A stretch of DNA of 64,000 bases from Octopus sinensis (Eukaryota). The stretch covers positions 9,176,001-9,240,000 of the forward strand of contig NC_043018.1 of the NCBI RefSeq assembly GCF_006345805.1, written 5' to 3'. The position numbers and the translations under genes are program-made. The notes beneath the pieces are model-generated. The model saw only the letters and a program-made list of their open reading frames with translations. It searched no databases and was not told where the DNA came from. Below, one piece after another: positions 60,937 through 64,000 of the stretch (position 1 is its first letter; every line of letters begins with the position of its first letter).

Positions 60937-62895
60937 TTAAGAGGGAGCTGCAGGCTGGACAAAGACATGAATGATAAAGGAATGAAAAATGAAAAGATGG
61001 TTGGTGGGGGAAGCAGACAATGCTGGCTGATTGTTGCTTCCTGAAAACATTCTCTTTTTCTCGACAACACAAAATGAGATTTTGAACCTCCTACTAAAGT
61101 TCAAAGAATGGATGCAGTCGTACTTACAAGATGAGGCATTGAGCCTCTTACCAAAAAATACCAAATCCAGATTTCAAATCGAGGCACTAAGGCCTCTTAC
61201 CTTTCCTCCCCGACCAGGTAATTTGTCCCCTGAAGGCAATCTTGCAGTTCTAAGTTAGGGCTCCAGAAAGTAAAGCTATATTGGTCCTTGGAAAAGGAGT
61301 CCATCACCCTGAACTTATCACTTTTCATCATGACCTATGCAGTTACCTGTGGAGGCCAATCTGGGTCTTCAGGACAGGACCCCTTCCCTCCAGCTTCTTC
61401 ACAAAGCTGTGTACAGCCCCTCCCTTATGAAAGATCACAAATTCATCCTTCAACATAATGGGAGGGGCCACAGTTTACTCCATCAGTGGCACAATTCCCA
61501 CTGACACGGTTTCAGCACATGTCGGCAGTGTACTACTAACCGCCGGTAATGTGCCATTCTTTTTTTTCTCCCTTGTGCGATGAGCGGGTGTAGTTCTTCC
61601 GCTTTATCCAGAGGATCTTCCCTCCCTTCCACAGTCTCGGGGTCCTTCGGTGGGCAACCATTGTTGCCCACCTTTTTCCCCTTTTTTCAAGGAGGTCTCC
61701 ACTGCCTCCATCTTTCCCTCCAAAGGAGGAGGCACTACTTTTGCTAACTGCTCTAGGACCATACTTTGGTCCTGGGTACAGTTCTTAATATAGCCTAGTT
61801 CCAGGCACAGGTAACACTTGTGGTGGGGGGGGACCCTCAAGTATCACTGAGTACCTGCAAGCAACCATTTTCAAGAAGTCTGGAAATACCAGATCTTTAG
61901 TGGCTGATTGGGTCCGCAGGGTCAAAACCGCTTTTAACCCCACCCAATCAGCCACCGGCAACAATTTCACATTTAAAAGCCTGGGCATGCTGCCATCCAG
62001 ACCCCAGCGGATAGTGTTCTCTATCCATTCTTGTTCAATGCCCGGTGGTAGCCCACAGACCCAAACTCTTGTTAATTTCTTCCCACAATATGTGGGAAGA
62101 AACAGAGTTTCTTGCCCTTCCAAGGGCTGGCTCACAAATTTGCAAGCCACCTCAGGGGTGTCAAACAGCAACCACAACGTTGCATATTTAGTACCCCTGG
62201 AAATAAACTTAATAGTTGGCAGATACTCTGCCAACTCTTCTATATCTCTCTTAGGAAAGACAGCGATGGTGTCGAGTGATTTAGAATAAGTCCTTAACAC
62301 CACTGTTCTTTCCTCTTAGTTTTTTAGCCATTTCTTGGGTGGGATTATTTTCCACTCCAATGCAGTGTTCAATTTCTTTGCCATGCTTTGAAGAAAAAGT
62401 TCAGTAAAAAAAGACAACAAAAGTCCAAACAAAATCAAAAAACAATTCGAAGGAAGACAAAGAGCAGAAAAACAAGAGAAAGAAGATAATTCAAAACAGC
62501 AACACACAATTCCAGCCACCGGATACTCCACAGGTACTCCAAAAGTGAACAGGGACACAGCACAGCTACAAAAAAAATCCATCACAAATTGGTAAAAATT
62601 CAAAAACTTTTTCACAAAAATTTCACAATTTTTGGAAGCGGAACCCCCCGCCCCAAAAAAATCTGCACTCTTCTCACAGCTAAGTGACACAGCGCAACTA
62701 TAGGCAGACAAATACCCTGAAATCCAGTGGGGATTTCTTGTTCGAAAAAAGGACAACAACAAACCCCACTAAATCCCCAAGAAAATTTACTGCCGGAGTT
62801 GAGCAAGCAGTGTAGGGAGATGAGTATATTAACTTTTGCAATTTGGAAGATTTTACCAAAATTTTTTTCTATTGTGTTAAGGCTTTTTTTTTTTC
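60937..62895 (-). mobile_element. Tx1/L1-clade LINE 5' UTR and ORF1 (ATG at 62384), disrupted
   Basis: MAKKLNT...*EERTVVLRTY...VWVCGLPPGI...VILEG/PP.CYLCLELGYIKNC, a gag-like ORF1 with zinc knuckle; same strand as the 3' piece at 56990-57910. Confidence 0.75.
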
Positions 62896-62909
62896 AATTC
62901 TGTATCTCT

Positions 62910-64000
62910 TAGAAAGGCTCTCAGCTCCCCATCCATGACGTCCATTCTCTTACTTTAGAAGCAGACCGAGAGGAGGTAGTGAGGGTATCAAGCCTCTCTC
63001 CTGCAGGGAACGAATTTTTGGTGCCTACTCACTGCTCGTCATGCTCCATAATCTGTCCGCTATGTCCTCGGTGCTTCTCTTCTCCCCAACGATGGGAAGA
63101 ACATATAGAATGTGGACACAGCATTAAATCAGTCTACAGACGCAGTAAATGTGGTGGGGAAGGCAGGCACCTCCATTCTATGAGGTGCCACACCGGCCTA
63201 TGTAGTGGTGCATCTGGTGCTACTCAATCTCTCTTCCAATGTGACCACTGCGGTCATTCTTTTTTGACGGCTGCAGGCCGATCTCACAATGAACGCCACA
63301 AACATCCTGTGGCTGCGAATGCACGCACAATGGCTGCTCATAAAGAGCAGCTGGCGAAGAAACGTGCGGATTGGGCAGCCACTGCCAAGGCCGAAGATGC
63401 AGAGGCTGCTGGTCAGATGAAGTAGCGAACCTTGTCGAGGAGGAGGCCGAGTTCTTGGCGGCAGGGGTTAGGCTAATCAATGCGGCCATTGCACGGTTCT
63501 TACTGGGCAAAACAGCCAAACAGGTAGGATCCAAGAGGGAAGCCCTGGTCAAAAGGACATGTGAGAGTCATCATGAGTCAGGGCGGTCCATGACTGATTC
63601 CCAACCATGTCGAGGGAGGACCTCCATCTTGTTCAGACTGGAAGGATTGCTTCCTTGACGCTGCATGTCCTGGGCATACTCGTTGGTCTGCGGTCTTCTT
63701 TGAGGCCCTGTTGAAACTTGTGGAAGACGGGAGCACGACTGTCTGGGACTCTTTTGTTAGTACAGTCGAGGACTGGGTGGAGCCCTGCAAGATGCTGCCG
63801 GGCGGAAATAGTGTGGATAGGGTAGCTGCAAAGTTCAATTTTCGGCAGCGGGGTAAGCTTTGTAGATACGCCTGCCACCAGACATTATACAAGAAAGCTA
63901 GGAATAGGCTCCTTGCAGTTGTATTAGGCGAGGATGCGGAGCAGGGATGCCCAATCCCTATGCTTGCTATAGAAGACTTCTATAAGGGTAGGCTTTCCTC
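62910..64000 (+). mobile_element. Second, divergent R2-like element (N-terminal part; runs off the window)
   Basis: CPLCPRCF...H...H, C..H..C and FQCDHCGHSF...H.RHKHP fingers; Myb motif GCWSDE...KTAKQVGSKR; RYACHQTLYKK. Frameshifts and stops present. Confidence 0.85.

Noticed and set aside
60937-60960. 28S rDNA flank next to the R2-like element
   Set aside because: Identity to the 28S target is limited to about 9 nt; no rRNA gene is present.

Overview
AT-rich, microsatellite- and SINE-dense eukaryotic DNA. The repeat families look like coleoid cephalopod (Octopus) repeats; this is recognition from memory, not a database match. One complete host gene could be reconstructed by hand: POLR3E (RNA polymerase III subunit RPC5) on the minus strand, with 18 coding exons from 48148 to 9066, all GT-AG introns in consistent phase, 2067 nt in total (688 aa plus stop). 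Its introns hold tRNA-derived SINEs, RTE-tail elements, Tc1/mariner-, piggyBac-, Merlin- and Helentron-like non-autonomous elements, and a degenerate intron-containing tRNA-Lys(TTT). The right end (about 57.0-64.0 kb) is a GC-rich retroelement nest: a Tx1/L1-clade LINE, interrupted by an R2-lineage-A-like element (3 zinc fingers, Myb, RT) that lies outside rDNA at a 28S-target-like CTCTTAAGG site, plus a second, divergent R2-like element. The most interesting signals are (1) several unrelated fold-back elements carrying minimal type-I hammerhead ribozyme motifs, one with a swapped G3:C8 core; (2) an R2/Tx1 junction at what appear to be homologous RT-thumb positions; and (3) near-identical inverted and direct duplications between POLR3E introns. 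All calls were made by eye; repeat boundaries are approximate.
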